From sequence record OZ035785.1: a stretch of DNA of 64,000 nucleotides. The stretch is one strand, 5' to 3'. Positions 45,263 through 54,880 of the stretch are shown piece by piece. Source of the DNA: Tequatrovirus BCH953P2. How positions within the stretch are numbered: position 1 is the stretch's first letter; the number at the start of each line of letters is the position of its first letter. Made by a program: the position numbers and the translations under genes. Below the pieces are notes generated by a model that saw only the letters and a program-made list of their open reading frames with translations, did no database searches and was not told the origin of the DNA.

Positions 45263-47527
45263 TCATAATTTACAGGATGAACAATCTTCAGCTTTTGGAG
45301 TTTCTATTTCATAATCATCAGTACCAGAACCATCGCGGGTATTATGATAATAGAAGTTTTTAATGCCATAATACCATCCGTATAGCATGTCATCAATCAT
45401 TATTGACATTGGAACCTTTCCTTTTGGAAAAATCTGCGGGTCATAGTATGTATTCGCTGAAGCTGATTGACACACCCATTTCAGCATAATAGCTACCTGC
45501 GTAAGATAAGGTTTATTACCTTTCTTAGCTAATTTCCATGTATAATCATAAAGGTCTATGTTATGCTCAATATTGGGCACGACCTGATTAAAGGAGCCCT
45601 CTTTTGATTCTTTAACAGAGACTGGTCCACGTGGAGGCTCGATACCGTTTGTACTGTTAGAAACTTGGGAAGATGACTCACATGGCATAAGTGCTGATAA
45701 TGTGCTATTACGGATGCCAAAGAGCTTAAGGTCTTCCCGCAGCGACGACCAGTCACAAACGTATTTTGGAGCTGCGATTTGGTCAATCTTTTTATTGTAC
45801 CAGTCGATAGGTAATTCGCCTCGAGACCAACGAGTGTCTGAATAATATTCGCAAGGTCCTTTTTCTTTGGCGAGCTTAATGGATGCTTTAATGAGTCCAT
45901 ACTGTAATCTCTCAAATAGTTCATGTGTTAAATCGTTAGCATCTTCATAAGAAGCAAAGTTACTTGCCAGCCAAGCTGCATAGTTGGTAACACCTACACC
46001 GAGGTTACGACGCTTTTTAGCTTTTTCTGCTTCAGGAACTGGATATCCTTGGTAATCCAACAGATTATCAAGAGCACGAACTTGAACTTCTGCCAATTCA
46101 TTAATTTTATCTTGGTCTTGCCAGTCAAAATTATCTAATACGAATGCAGAAAGAGTACACAATCCAATTTCAGCATCAGGGCTATTCACATCATTTGTTG
46201 GAATAGCAATTTCACAACACAAGTTACTCTGACGAATAGGTGCCTTTTCACGAATAAACGGAGTATAGTTATTCGTATTATCAATGAACTGCACATAAAT
46301 CCTTGCTGTTCCTGAACGTTCAGTCATGAGCAATTCAAATAGTTCACGGGCTTTAATACGCTTTTTACGAATATTAGGGTCTTTTTCTGCGGCTTCATAC
46401 AATTCACGGAAACGGTCTTGGTCTTTAAAATAAGAATAATAAAGCTCGCCACCCATTTCATGCGGACTGAACAAAGTAATGTAATCGTTCTTTCCGAATC
46501 GTTCCATCATCAAATCATTCAGTTGAACACCATAATCCATATGACGAATGCGGTTTTCTTCTACGCCTTTGTTATTTTTCAAAACGAGAAGATTTTCAAC
46601 TTCCAAATGCCAAATAGGATAATAAGCAGTAGCAGCGCCGCCACGAATTCCACCCTGTGAGCATGATTTAACAGCAGTCTGAAAATGTTTCCAAAAAGGA
46701 ATAACACCAGTATGGCGTACTTCACCCATGCCAATCTTAGAACCTTCAGCACGAATCATACCTACGTTAATTCCAATTCCAGCGCGTTTAGAGATATATT
46801 CAACAATTGAAGCGGAAGCCTTATTGATAGACTTCAATGAATCTCCTGCCTCAATAACAACACATGAACTAAACTGTCGAGTCGGAGTACGGCAACCAGC
46901 CATAATAGGAGTTGGCAATGAAATCTGTCGAGTAGATACTGCTTCATAAAAACGAATAACATGTTTTAATCTATCAACAGGTTCATCTTGATGCAATGCC
47001 ATTCCAATAGTCATAAATGCAAACTGTGGAGTTTCATAAATTTGACCAGTGGTTTTATCTTTAACTAGATATTTTTCTTTTAATTGCATCGCCCCGGAAT
47101 AAGTAAATTCCATATCCCGCTCGTGCTTAATTTTTGATTCTAAAAATGTAATTTCTTCTGCTGAATATTTTGACAATAATTCAGGGTCGTATTTACCTTC
47201 ATTTACACAGTAAGAAATATGGTCAATAAATGAACGTGGTTCATACTGCCCATAAACATGCTTACGAAGAGCAAACATTAAACAACGTGCAGCTACATAT
47301 TGATAATCAGGCTCTTCAACCGAAATAGAATTCGCAGCAGCCTTAATGACAATAGTCTGAATATCATTAGTTGTCATTCCATCACGGAGATAAGATTTAA
47401 TATTTTCATATAATTCATAAGGATCTACTGATGTTCCTTCAGCTGCCCAAGATAAAACTTTAATAATTTTTTGTGGGTCAAAGCTCTGAGAAACACCACT
47501 ACTTTTGATAACATTAATTAATTGCAT
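45263..47527 (-). CDS. nrdA: Ribonucleotide reductase alpha subunit (NrdA)
   Basis: 754-aa ORF, class Ia RNR large subunit; same length as T4 NrdA. Confidence 0.96.
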   Translation of the reverse strand: MQLINVIKSSGVSQSFDPQKIIKVLSWAAEGTSVDPYELYENIKSYLRDGMTTNDIQTIVIKAAANSISVEEPDYQYVAARCLMFALRKHVYGQYEPRSFIDHISYCVNEGKYDPELLSKYSAEEITFLESKIKHERDMEFTYSGAMQLKEKYLVKDKTTGQIYETPQFAFMTIGMALHQDEPVDRLKHVIRFYEAVSTRQISLPTPIMAGCRTPTRQFSSCVVIEAGDSLKSINKASASIVEYISKRAGIGINVGMIRAEGSKIGMGEVRHTGVIPFWKHFQTAVKSCSQGGIRGGAATAYYPIWHLEVENLLVLKNNKGVEENRIRHMDYGVQLNDLMMERFGKNDYITLFSPHEMGGELYYSYFKDQDRFRELYEAAEKDPNIRKKRIKARELFELLMTERSGTARIYVQFIDNTNNYTPFIREKAPIRQSNLCCEIAIPTNDVNSPDAEIGLCTLSAFVLDNFDWQDQDKINELAEVQVRALDNLLDYQGYPVPEAEKAKKRRNLGVGVTNYAAWLASNFASYEDANDLTHELFERLQYGLIKASIKLAKEKGPCEYYSDTRWSRGELPIDWYNKKIDQIAAPKYVCDWSSLREDLKLFGIRNSTLSALMPCESSSQVSNSTNGIEPPRGPVSVKESKEGSFNQVVPNIEHNIDLYDYTWKLAKKGNKPYLTQVAIMLKWVCQSASANTYYDPQIFPKGKVPMSIMIDDMLYGWYYGIKNFYYHNTRDGSGTDDYEIETPKAEDCSSCKL

Positions 47528-47844
47528 AAGTCCTCAACTTGAAAATCGTCTTTAAACAATCGGTTAACTATATGAGCTATTATATCACCATGACACGGCT
47601 TTGGTTTACATGTGCATCCTAGCCTCATTCCACGTAAAGGTTCTAAATGTGCTTTAGTTATTTCTCCGGATTTAATTCGACGTATAAAATCTTTTTTGAA
47701 TAATTCAATGGCAGCCTCCCGGCTGCCAGCATCTTTACCGACGTAATTTCCCCAAAATGTACCGCGGTGAATATTAACATCAAAGTCGGATTTGTATTTA
47801 TTCACTACCCGGCATAGACGGCCCACGCTGGAATAATTCGTCAT
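47518..47844 (-). CDS. Hypothetical protein (nrdA.1 position)
   Basis: 108-aa ORF overlapping the nrdA start. Confidence 0.7.
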   Translation of the reverse strand: MTNYSSVGRLCRVVNKYKSDFDVNIHRGTFWGNYVGKDAGSREAAIELFKKDFIRRIKSGEITKAHLEPLRGMRLGCTCKPKPCHGDIIAHIVNRLFKDDFQVEDLCN

Positions 47845-48061
47845 ATTGTTTTTCCGTTAATACAGTAATATCGTAGTAACAGTCAGAAGAAGTTTTAACT
47901 GTGGAAATTTTATTGTCAAAATATTCACGAGTCATTTTATGAGTATAGTATTTTTTACCATAAATGATAATAGGCTGTTCTGGTCCTGGAACTTCTAACT
48001 CGCTTGGGTTAGGAAGTGTAAAAAGAACTACACCAGAAGTATCTTTAAATCGTAAAATCAT
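47798..48061 (-). CDS. Hypothetical protein (nrdA.2 position)
   Basis: 87 aa from ATG 48061 (GAGGA SD); the ORF-track start is a TTG. Confidence 0.65.
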   Translation of the reverse strand: MILRFKDTSGVVLFTLPNPSELEVPGPEQPIIIYGKKYYTHKMTREYFDNKISTVKTSSDCYYDITVLTEKQYDELFQRGPSMPGSE

Positions 48062-48081
48062 ATATCCTCGCAATAATAAAA

Positions 48082-48942
48082 TTACACCGCCATCTTTCCT
48101 TTAATAGGAGGATGTGATACATAGTTGTTAAGAACGAAATCTTTAGGCCTAAGTTTAAGAACATATTTTAATTGTTCTTTAGTAGAAAGATATCGGAATT
48201 TATAAGGTAGACCACTTATTACCAGCTCACAAAGCTCTTTAGGTTCACGACGCAAAATTTCTTTACATTGTTCTACGTGATTCATATAGATATGAGTATT
48301 ACCGCCAGAAAATATCAAATCTCCCGGAATAAGATTACACATCTTAGCTACAATATGAACTAACGCAGCGTATGATGCAATATTGAATGGCAAGCCCAAG
48401 AACACGTCAACACTTCTTTGATACCACTGTAAATCCAAATGGCCATTACGAACATTAAATTGATAAAACATATGACAAGGCGGTAATGCCATCTGCTTGA
48501 GTTCAGCTGGATTCCATGCTGAAACAATTTGACGCCTATCATTTGGCAGTTTTTTAATACGATCAATAACTTCTATAATTTGGTCTACACCGCCAAAATC
48601 ACGCCATTGTTTTCCATAAATTGGACCAAGTTCACCACTATGGTATCCTAAATCTTTTGCTTGATTTTCGTAATTTTCATCCCAGACTGTTTTGCCTTGG
48701 ATTAACGAATCATGCTGAATTAATCGTAAATCATTGACATTTGTGCTTCCTGATAAAAACCATATTAACTCAGAAATGCAAGCTTTCCAGGCGAGCTTTT
48801 TAGTTGTTACTGCAGGAAAACCTTTGGTTAAATCCCAACGCAATTTAGTACCGAACAAAGCAATTGTTCCTGTGCCTGTTCGGTCATCAGTTTCATAGCC
48901 ATTTTCAAAAATGTCTTTAATTAAATCTTGGTATTGTTTCAT
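48082..48942 (-). CDS. td: Thymidylate synthase, uninterrupted
   Basis: 286-aa continuous ORF with the active-site region [10 protein letters not shown]; no group I intron. Confidence 0.96.
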   Translation of the reverse strand: MKQYQDLIKDIFENGYETDDRTGTGTIALFGTKLRWDLTKGFPAVTTKKLAWKACISELIWFLSGSTNVNDLRLIQHDSLIQGKTVWDENYENQAKDLGYHSGELGPIYGKQWRDFGGVDQIIEVIDRIKKLPNDRRQIVSAWNPAELKQMALPPCHMFYQFNVRNGHLDLQWYQRSVDVFLGLPFNIASYAALVHIVAKMCNLIPGDLIFSGGNTHIYMNHVEQCKEILRREPKELCELVISGLPYKFRYLSTKEQLKYVLKLRPKDFVLNNYVSHPPIKGKMAV

Positions 48943-48983
48943 TTAGTACCTTATATAAATTATAATACATTTTATGAAGCTAA

Positions 48984-49331
48984 TTAATATGGTTTAGCAT
49001 CAAATTTTCTCTCAATTTCAGGCGTGAAATATAATTCTTTACCGCGTTTGGAAAAACGACCAATAATATGATAATTATTCTCATCAAACGTGATATTACC
49101 AATATCCATAGCTTTCAACCAAATATCGATATTTCTATCCAGCTTTATGTCAAAATTCCAATACGGAGAACTATTACCGAAAATACTGCAAGCGGATTCA
49201 GTGAAACAACTGCTATAAATCTTGTCTTTAGGAACTACTAATTGATAGACGCCTTTAATAAACTGAGGACCCTGCCATTTTGGTTGTTTCGCGTCTTTTT
49301 CTAATAGAATAGGGTAATAATTAAAATTCAT
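48984..49331 (-). CDS. Hypothetical protein between frd and td
   Basis: 115-aa ORF with ATG start, between the frd stop (49351) and td start (48942); no recognisable motif. Confidence 0.6.
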   Translation of the reverse strand: MNFNYYPILLEKDAKQPKWQGPQFIKGVYQLVVPKDKIYSSCFTESACSIFGNSSPYWNFDIKLDRNIDIWLKAMDIGNITFDENNYHIIGRFSKRGKELYFTPEIERKFDAKPY

Positions 49332-49350
49332 ATTTCCGCCACGCGTTATT

Positions 49351-50177
<827 letters not shown>

Positions 50178-50185
50178 ATTATCTC

Positions 50186-50521
50186 CTAATATAAAGGATC
50201 GGGAACATATCCGCTGGCTTTAATCATTTTGATTAACGTTAACATTCCTTTATTAACTGCTCGTGAGATTTCATCAAAAACTTCATCACTAAAAAGTTCT
50301 AACACACCCTTCTGAACTTTTAATTTACACCCAACAATTTCGTCATCACCTATAGTAAATTCGTTTCCGCCAATTCCACCGAAAAACTTAATTACGCCAG
50401 TTAATTGTTTTCCACGAGAATATGGGTCATGTGATAAAGTAATATGAGTCACCCCAGGTACAGTTTTAAATTGGCAGCGGATGTTTACTTGGGCAATTCC
50501 AGTTACGTAAATGTCAGACAT
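50186..50521 (-). CDS. Hypothetical protein (frd.2 position)
   Basis: 111-aa ORF, ATG start. Confidence 0.7.
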   Translation of the reverse strand: MSDIYVTGIAQVNIRCQFKTVPGVTHITLSHDPYSRGKQLTGVIKFFGGIGGNEFTIGDDEIVGCKLKVQKGVLELFSDEVFDEISRAVNKGMLTLIKMIKASGYVPDPLY

Positions 50522-50531
50522 AATATTTTCC

Positions 50532-50774
50532 TCAAACAGACTTTTTCACAATTTTCCAATCAGCTTTAAACTGTTCAACGTCAGAATGGTAAATCCAGAA
50601 TCCTGCGCTTTCTCCATCCTCATAAAGAGGACATCCATCACATTCATCTTCCCATCCCATATCACGTAAAAGATGTTCAGCTTTTTCAACAAGTTCAGAA
50701 TCTTTACCGATGATATTAAAATACCATTTACCTCTAACTTCTGAATCTTTGATGCTCTGGCGTTGTAATCTCAT
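50532..50774 (-). CDS. Hypothetical protein (frd.3 position)
   Basis: 80-aa ORF, ATG start. Confidence 0.7.
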   Translation of the reverse strand: MRLQRQSIKDSEVRGKWYFNIIGKDSELVEKAEHLLRDMGWEDECDGCPLYEDGESAGFWIYHSDVEQFKADWKIVKKSV

Positions 50775-50828
50775 TTTATTCTCCTTAGTTGATAGGGTAA
50801 TAGTATCACACTACTACCCTGATGTAAA

Positions 50829-51194
50829 CTACTTTTTGAAAGTTTTTCGCAAAAGTTCAATGATTTCATCTACATTGTTTTCGTCTACAATGCAGTGAAT
50901 TTTTGTTACGCCAGAAACCAGGTCTTTGACTTCATCTTCTTCAGAAGTCGGTTCTTTATACTCACGAAAACAATGAAATTCATCTTCACAAATGTTAAAG
51001 TAAAAATGCTTTCCATTTGCGCATTCAATGTGTTTTATTGCTCTAAATCCATCAACAAAGAAAGCTTCTTTAACTTCAAACCACCCGCCATTTTCTTCAA
51101 TAATTTTAACTATTGATGAATTAGAACGTGGGCGATAATTAATAAATGTATCAATAAGTCTTGGAACAAGTTCATACTTTTTGCCAATATACAT
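50829..51194 (-). CDS. Hypothetical protein
   Basis: 121-aa ORF, ATG start. Confidence 0.65.
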   Translation of the reverse strand: MYIGKKYELVPRLIDTFINYRPRSNSSIVKIIEENGGWFEVKEAFFVDGFRAIKHIECANGKHFYFNICEDEFHCFREYKEPTSEEDEVKDLVSGVTKIHCIVDENNVDEIIELLRKTFKK

Positions 51195-51237
51195 TACGTT
51201 TTCCTCATTTTAACGGGCTATAATAGCCTCTTGATAA

Positions 51238-51465
51238 TTATTGTTCAATCAGTCCCATGTAAAATTCTGCGTCTTCAGAATCCATGCCATCACAATATTC
51301 ATTAGCCATAAAGCGGGTGAGGTCTTCAAGAGGACCTTCAATAACGATTTGAATACTCCAATACTTAGAATCTTGCACGCTTGTGATACTAAGTTCAGGA
51401 TAACGATTACGAATAATCTCTTCAATATATTCAAAATCAACGATGTCAATATCAACTTTAGCCAT
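51238..51465 (-). CDS. Hypothetical small acidic protein
   Basis: 75-aa ORF; GAGGA SD and a GTTTAC...TACTAT promoter-like sequence upstream on the minus strand. Confidence 0.65.
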   Translation of the reverse strand: MAKVDIDIVDFEYIEEIIRNRYPELSITSVQDSKYWSIQIVIEGPLEDLTRFMANEYCDGMDSEDAEFYMGLIEQ

Positions 51466-51568
51466 ATTATTTCCTCTTTAATTATTAGCAGTATTGCCGA
51501 TAGTTGTATAGTACCATGGAAGAACAAGGATGTAAACAGTTTTGTGAAAAAATTTTTAAAATAAAAAA

Positions 51569-51587
51569 GGGGACCTCTAGGGTCCCC
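51569..51587 (-). terminator. Intrinsic terminator after gene 32 (minus strand)
   Basis: GGGGACC-TCTAG-GGTCCCC followed by a U-run on the minus strand. Confidence 0.8.
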
Positions 51588-51609
51588 GATTAATTAGTAA
51601 TATAATCTA

Positions 51610-52515
51610 TTAAAGGTCATTCAAAAGGTCATCCAGGTCCGTGTCATCAGCACTAGATGAACTACCAGAGCTTGAGCTCATAAAATCATCTTCAGTTTTT
51701 GTATTGAAGTCATCAACATTGAATGCATCCAAATCATCAGCAACTTTATCAGCTTTCTTAGCAGCAGTTGCAGCGGCACCGCCCATCACAGCAGTTCCCA
51801 TAACTTGACTAAACTTAGTGCTCAGTTCTTCAAACGATTTGAATTTATCTTTAGAAGTCATTTCAGAAAGGTCAACCATTTGTTCGAACAGTTCTTTCTG
51901 GAAAGATTCATCATCAATGTTTGGAATCGCAGATTGATTCAGGAATTTAGATTCATCGTAGTTACTAAATCCAGAAACTTGTTTAACTTTCAGTACAAAG
52001 TTAGCACCTTCCCACGGACAAGTTACATCAACCGGAGTTTCACCCATTTCAACATCAACTGCAATCATTGCATTGATTTTATCCCAGATTTTCTTACCGA
52101 AACGGTATTTAAATACTTTACCTTCATTTTCTGGAGCAGCTGGGTCTTTTACTACAAGAATGTTAGCCCAGTAAGAAGTTTTACGTTTAACAAGACCGTA
52201 CTCTTTATTGTCAGTGTTATACAAATCATTTTTACTAATGTATTGACATACTGGGCAAGAATCGTAATCACCGTGGGTAGATGAACACGTTTCAATATAC
52301 CATTTGCCATTTTTCTTGAAACCATGATTTACAAGAATTGCGAATGGTGCTTGTTCATCATTTTTAGACGGAAGAAAACGAATTACTGCTTGACCGTTAC
52401 CCGCATTGTCGAGTTTCAGTTTCCACTCGCCTTTATCTTCAGAAGAAAAACCTTTATTGCCATTCAGTTTAGCCATTTGTGCAGCGAGTTCAGCAGTAGA
52501 TTTACGTTTAAACAT
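51610..52515 (-). CDS. 32: Single-stranded DNA-binding protein gp32
   Basis: 301 aa; N-terminus [23 protein letters not shown], zinc-binding C/H cluster and acidic C-terminal tail as in T4 gp32. Confidence 0.97.
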
Positions 52516-52598
52516 TTTTATTTCCTTTTTAATTTAATTAACAGTTGGTGCTATGACGATGTATGACCTCATAGCTAGTCAGTGAGATAATTATAATC
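52516..52598 (-). promoter_or_regulatory. Gene 32 mRNA leader / autoregulatory translational operator
   Basis: A/U-rich unstructured tract (UUAAUUAAAUUAAAAAGGAAAUAAAA) directly upstream of the gene 32 AUG, preceded by a structured segment; matches the known gp32 autoregulation site by recall. Confidence 0.6.
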
Positions 52599-52606
52599 TA
52601 TTTATA
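52599..52606 (-). promoter_or_regulatory. T4-type late promoter for gene 32 (minus strand)
   Basis: Minus-strand TATAAATA in the 59-32 intergenic region. Confidence 0.65.
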
Positions 52607-52614
52607 ATAAGCAA

Positions 52615-53268
52615 TCAATACTTGCAAGATTTCACAGTTTCAATGAAAACACTTTTAGCTTTCTGTGAATCAATATTTAAAATTTTTCTATAAGCCTTTA
52701 ACTTTATAGAATAATTATTCCAGACTAAATTATCAGTCTGTTCATCATGTTTATCAATTATATTTAAAAACGAATCAAGCAAGATAAACGTTTCAAACGA
52801 AATTATATTAGACTGAAGCAGTTTAAAAATATAACTTGATTGAACCTTTGGATTATATTCAAAGATTTCTTTAAAAGCAGAAACTTCAACTTTTTTACTA
52901 AAATAATAAATGTTGCGAATATCTTCTTCAAACTTAAATTTAATTTGCTTTAAGCGTCCGATATATTCACGATAAAACACAAGTGCATCAGCGTCAGAGA
53001 TGTCACCAATCCAAGCATCTTGGTTAGCAACCAAATTGCTTATAAAGATTAAAGCAAGTTCCTTTAATTTATATTTTTCTGATAACTTCTGGAAAAAATA
53101 CTTATCCCTTCGCTTTTGATAAGCGGCATCAGACACCCGCATGCACCAATTATACTTAATTACATCATACTTTCCATTCATATGTTGTTTTATCATTAAG
53201 TATAATTTATAAACTGATTTACCATCAATATATCTTTCACCACCAGCAGGCATGCGGAGTTTAATCAT
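52615..53268 (-). CDS. 59: gp59 helicase loader
   Basis: 217-aa ORF, same length and N-terminus (MIKLRMPAGGERYIDGKSVYKLYLMIKQ) as T4 gp59. Confidence 0.95.
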   Translation of the reverse strand: MIKLRMPAGGERYIDGKSVYKLYLMIKQHMNGKYDVIKYNWCMRVSDAAYQKRRDKYFFQKLSEKYKLKELALIFISNLVANQDAWIGDISDADALVFYREYIGRLKQIKFKFEEDIRNIYYFSKKVEVSAFKEIFEYNPKVQSSYIFKLLQSNIISFETFILLDSFLNIIDKHDEQTDNLVWNNYSIKLKAYRKILNIDSQKAKSVFIETVKSCKY

Positions 53269-53603
53269 AGTAGAAAATCTAATGTATTAGTTTTTTCACA
53301 ACGAACAACAGAAGGACGTAAAAGATTTTCGTCGATAGCTTCTGACTGAATTTTTTCAATTATACCCGAAGGAATAAATTTAGCAAATTGAGTTTCAGGA
53401 ATAGAGTTTTCTTCCAAGAATGCTGTCGTAGCTTCAAGATAACTCATTCCAAACTCTTCTACCATTTTTTCAATAATAAATCCATTTTCTTGACGATCAA
53501 GAAGCTTTGCTATTTCATCCTTTTCTTTCTTAATTGAAAGTTCTTTTTCTGAAAGACCGGTCTCATCGACCGGACGAATATCATTTAGAGAAAACTGTGT
53601 CAT
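53265..53603 (-). CDS. 33: gp33 late transcription co-activator
   Basis: 112 aa from ATG 53603; the ORF-track start is a TTG three codons upstream. Confidence 0.9.
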   Translation of the reverse strand: MTQFSLNDIRPVDETGLSEKELSIKKEKDEIAKLLDRQENGFIIEKMVEEFGMSYLEATTAFLEENSIPETQFAKFIPSGIIEKIQSEAIDENLLRPSVVRCEKTNTLDFLL

Positions 53604-53850
53604 AAAGTTCAACTACCTCTTCAGTTTCAGCTTCAAACACATCACGATTATCTTTATGATACAAAGCTAATAGACGATTAAACATCTTACCATCAACACC
53701 AAGTTCATCTTTGGCACGAATTCGAATATCTTTAATCAGTTCATTATAACCGGAAATTTTCAGTTTATGATCAGATGCTTCTTTAATAAATTTAGCCAAG
53801 TCTTCGCCATGGATAGCTTCATCAAATTCAACCATTTCTTTTTTAGCCAT
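53581..53850 (-). CDS. dsbA: DsbA double-stranded DNA-binding protein
   Basis: 89-aa ORF between rnh and 33, same length as T4 DsbA. Confidence 0.85.
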   Translation of the reverse strand: MAKKEMVEFDEAIHGEDLAKFIKEASDHKLKISGYNELIKDIRIRAKDELGVDGKMFNRLLALYHKDNRDVFEAETEEVVELYDTVFSK

Positions 53851-53858
53851 TATTCACC

Positions 53859-54776
53859 TCAAAATTCATTAATGCTATTAGTTAATTTAGAAAGACCCGC
53901 TTTTACAAAATATGAATAAATTTTGCCACGCGGTGGTAATTTATATGAATTATAGTAATTCACAATGTTTGAAGCAATATTATCAGGAATATAATCAAAA
54001 TCAATTAGAACTAAATTTTCTTTATAACGATTATATTCAGATTCTGTGAGAAGCACCTTAGCTTGCTCACGGTCATTAGCAATAGCTTCAACGATTGAAG
54101 TTTTCATTGAAGGAGTTCGTTCACCTTCAACTTTGGTAAACCAAAAGTCAGATCGTACTTTAACTGAAGCAACGTTATCCTTTTTGTCGCCTTTAAGGAT
54201 TTTAGTCATACAGTCAATTTCAGCAGAACCGCTTTTAATTTTAACCCATTTCTTATGCATCGGTGACCATTGCTTAACATTTGGATATTTGTGAAGCTGT
54301 GTAAAGTCACCATCCGATGAAATGATTAAAATCTTATGTCCTTCTAAAGAGAACTTTTTAACAAGAACAGCAATGTGGTCATCTGCTTCATACTTATCAA
54401 TATCCATAACAATGTATGGCATATAAGCTTTCAATTCATCTATAACTTTATGGCTGGATTCAAAATAACCTTCCCAGTCCCAAGTAGATTCTTCTCGTGC
54501 TTTTCCACGGTTTTTCTTATAATAATAGGCGAAATCACGACGCCAATATCCAGATTTCGCGTTATCAATACACAGTACAATTTTAGTGTATCCAAGCGTT
54601 TTTGCTTTTTTGACATTAAACTTAATTGAGTTCAATATCAAATGACGAACCATTGATAAATTAATTTTTTCTTTATCTGGGAAGTTTACCAAAGCAGTTG
54701 AAAGCGCAATTTGACTAAAGTCAATTAAGCAGATTCCTTCTTTGTAATCTTCATCCAGCATCATTTCTAAATCCAT
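53859..54776 (-). CDS. rnh: RNase H (5'-3' exonuclease / flap endonuclease)
   Basis: 305 aa from ATG 54776 (MDLEMMLDEDYKEG...); the ORF-track start is a TTG five codons upstream. Confidence 0.93.
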   Translation of the reverse strand: MDLEMMLDEDYKEGICLIDFSQIALSTALVNFPDKEKINLSMVRHLILNSIKFNVKKAKTLGYTKIVLCIDNAKSGYWRRDFAYYYKKNRGKAREESTWDWEGYFESSHKVIDELKAYMPYIVMDIDKYEADDHIAVLVKKFSLEGHKILIISSDGDFTQLHKYPNVKQWSPMHKKWVKIKSGSAEIDCMTKILKGDKKDNVASVKVRSDFWFTKVEGERTPSMKTSIVEAIANDREQAKVLLTESEYNRYKENLVLIDFDYIPDNIASNIVNYYNSYKLPPRGKIYSYFVKAGLSKLTNSINEF

Positions 54777-54838
54777 ATGAACCTCGTTCAATTAGTGAGA
54801 TTTCTATTATATACCATCCAAATCTTAAAGTAAACAAG

Positions 54839-54846
54839 TATAAATA
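54839..54846 (+). promoter_or_regulatory. T4-type late promoter for gene 34
   Basis: Exact TATAAATA 34 nt upstream of the gene 34 ATG. Confidence 0.7.
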
Positions 54847-54880
54847 CTTATTATTGAAAACACAATAGGAGCCCGGGAGA

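Noticed and set aside
48082-48942. Possible group I intron and intron-encoded endonuclease in td (and in nrdB, 44033..45211)
   Set aside because: Both genes are single continuous ORFs of full length with no intron-sized interruption or internal endonuclease ORF
51805-52284. 159-aa plus-strand ORF
   Set aside because: Antisense to gene 32, whose identity is unambiguous
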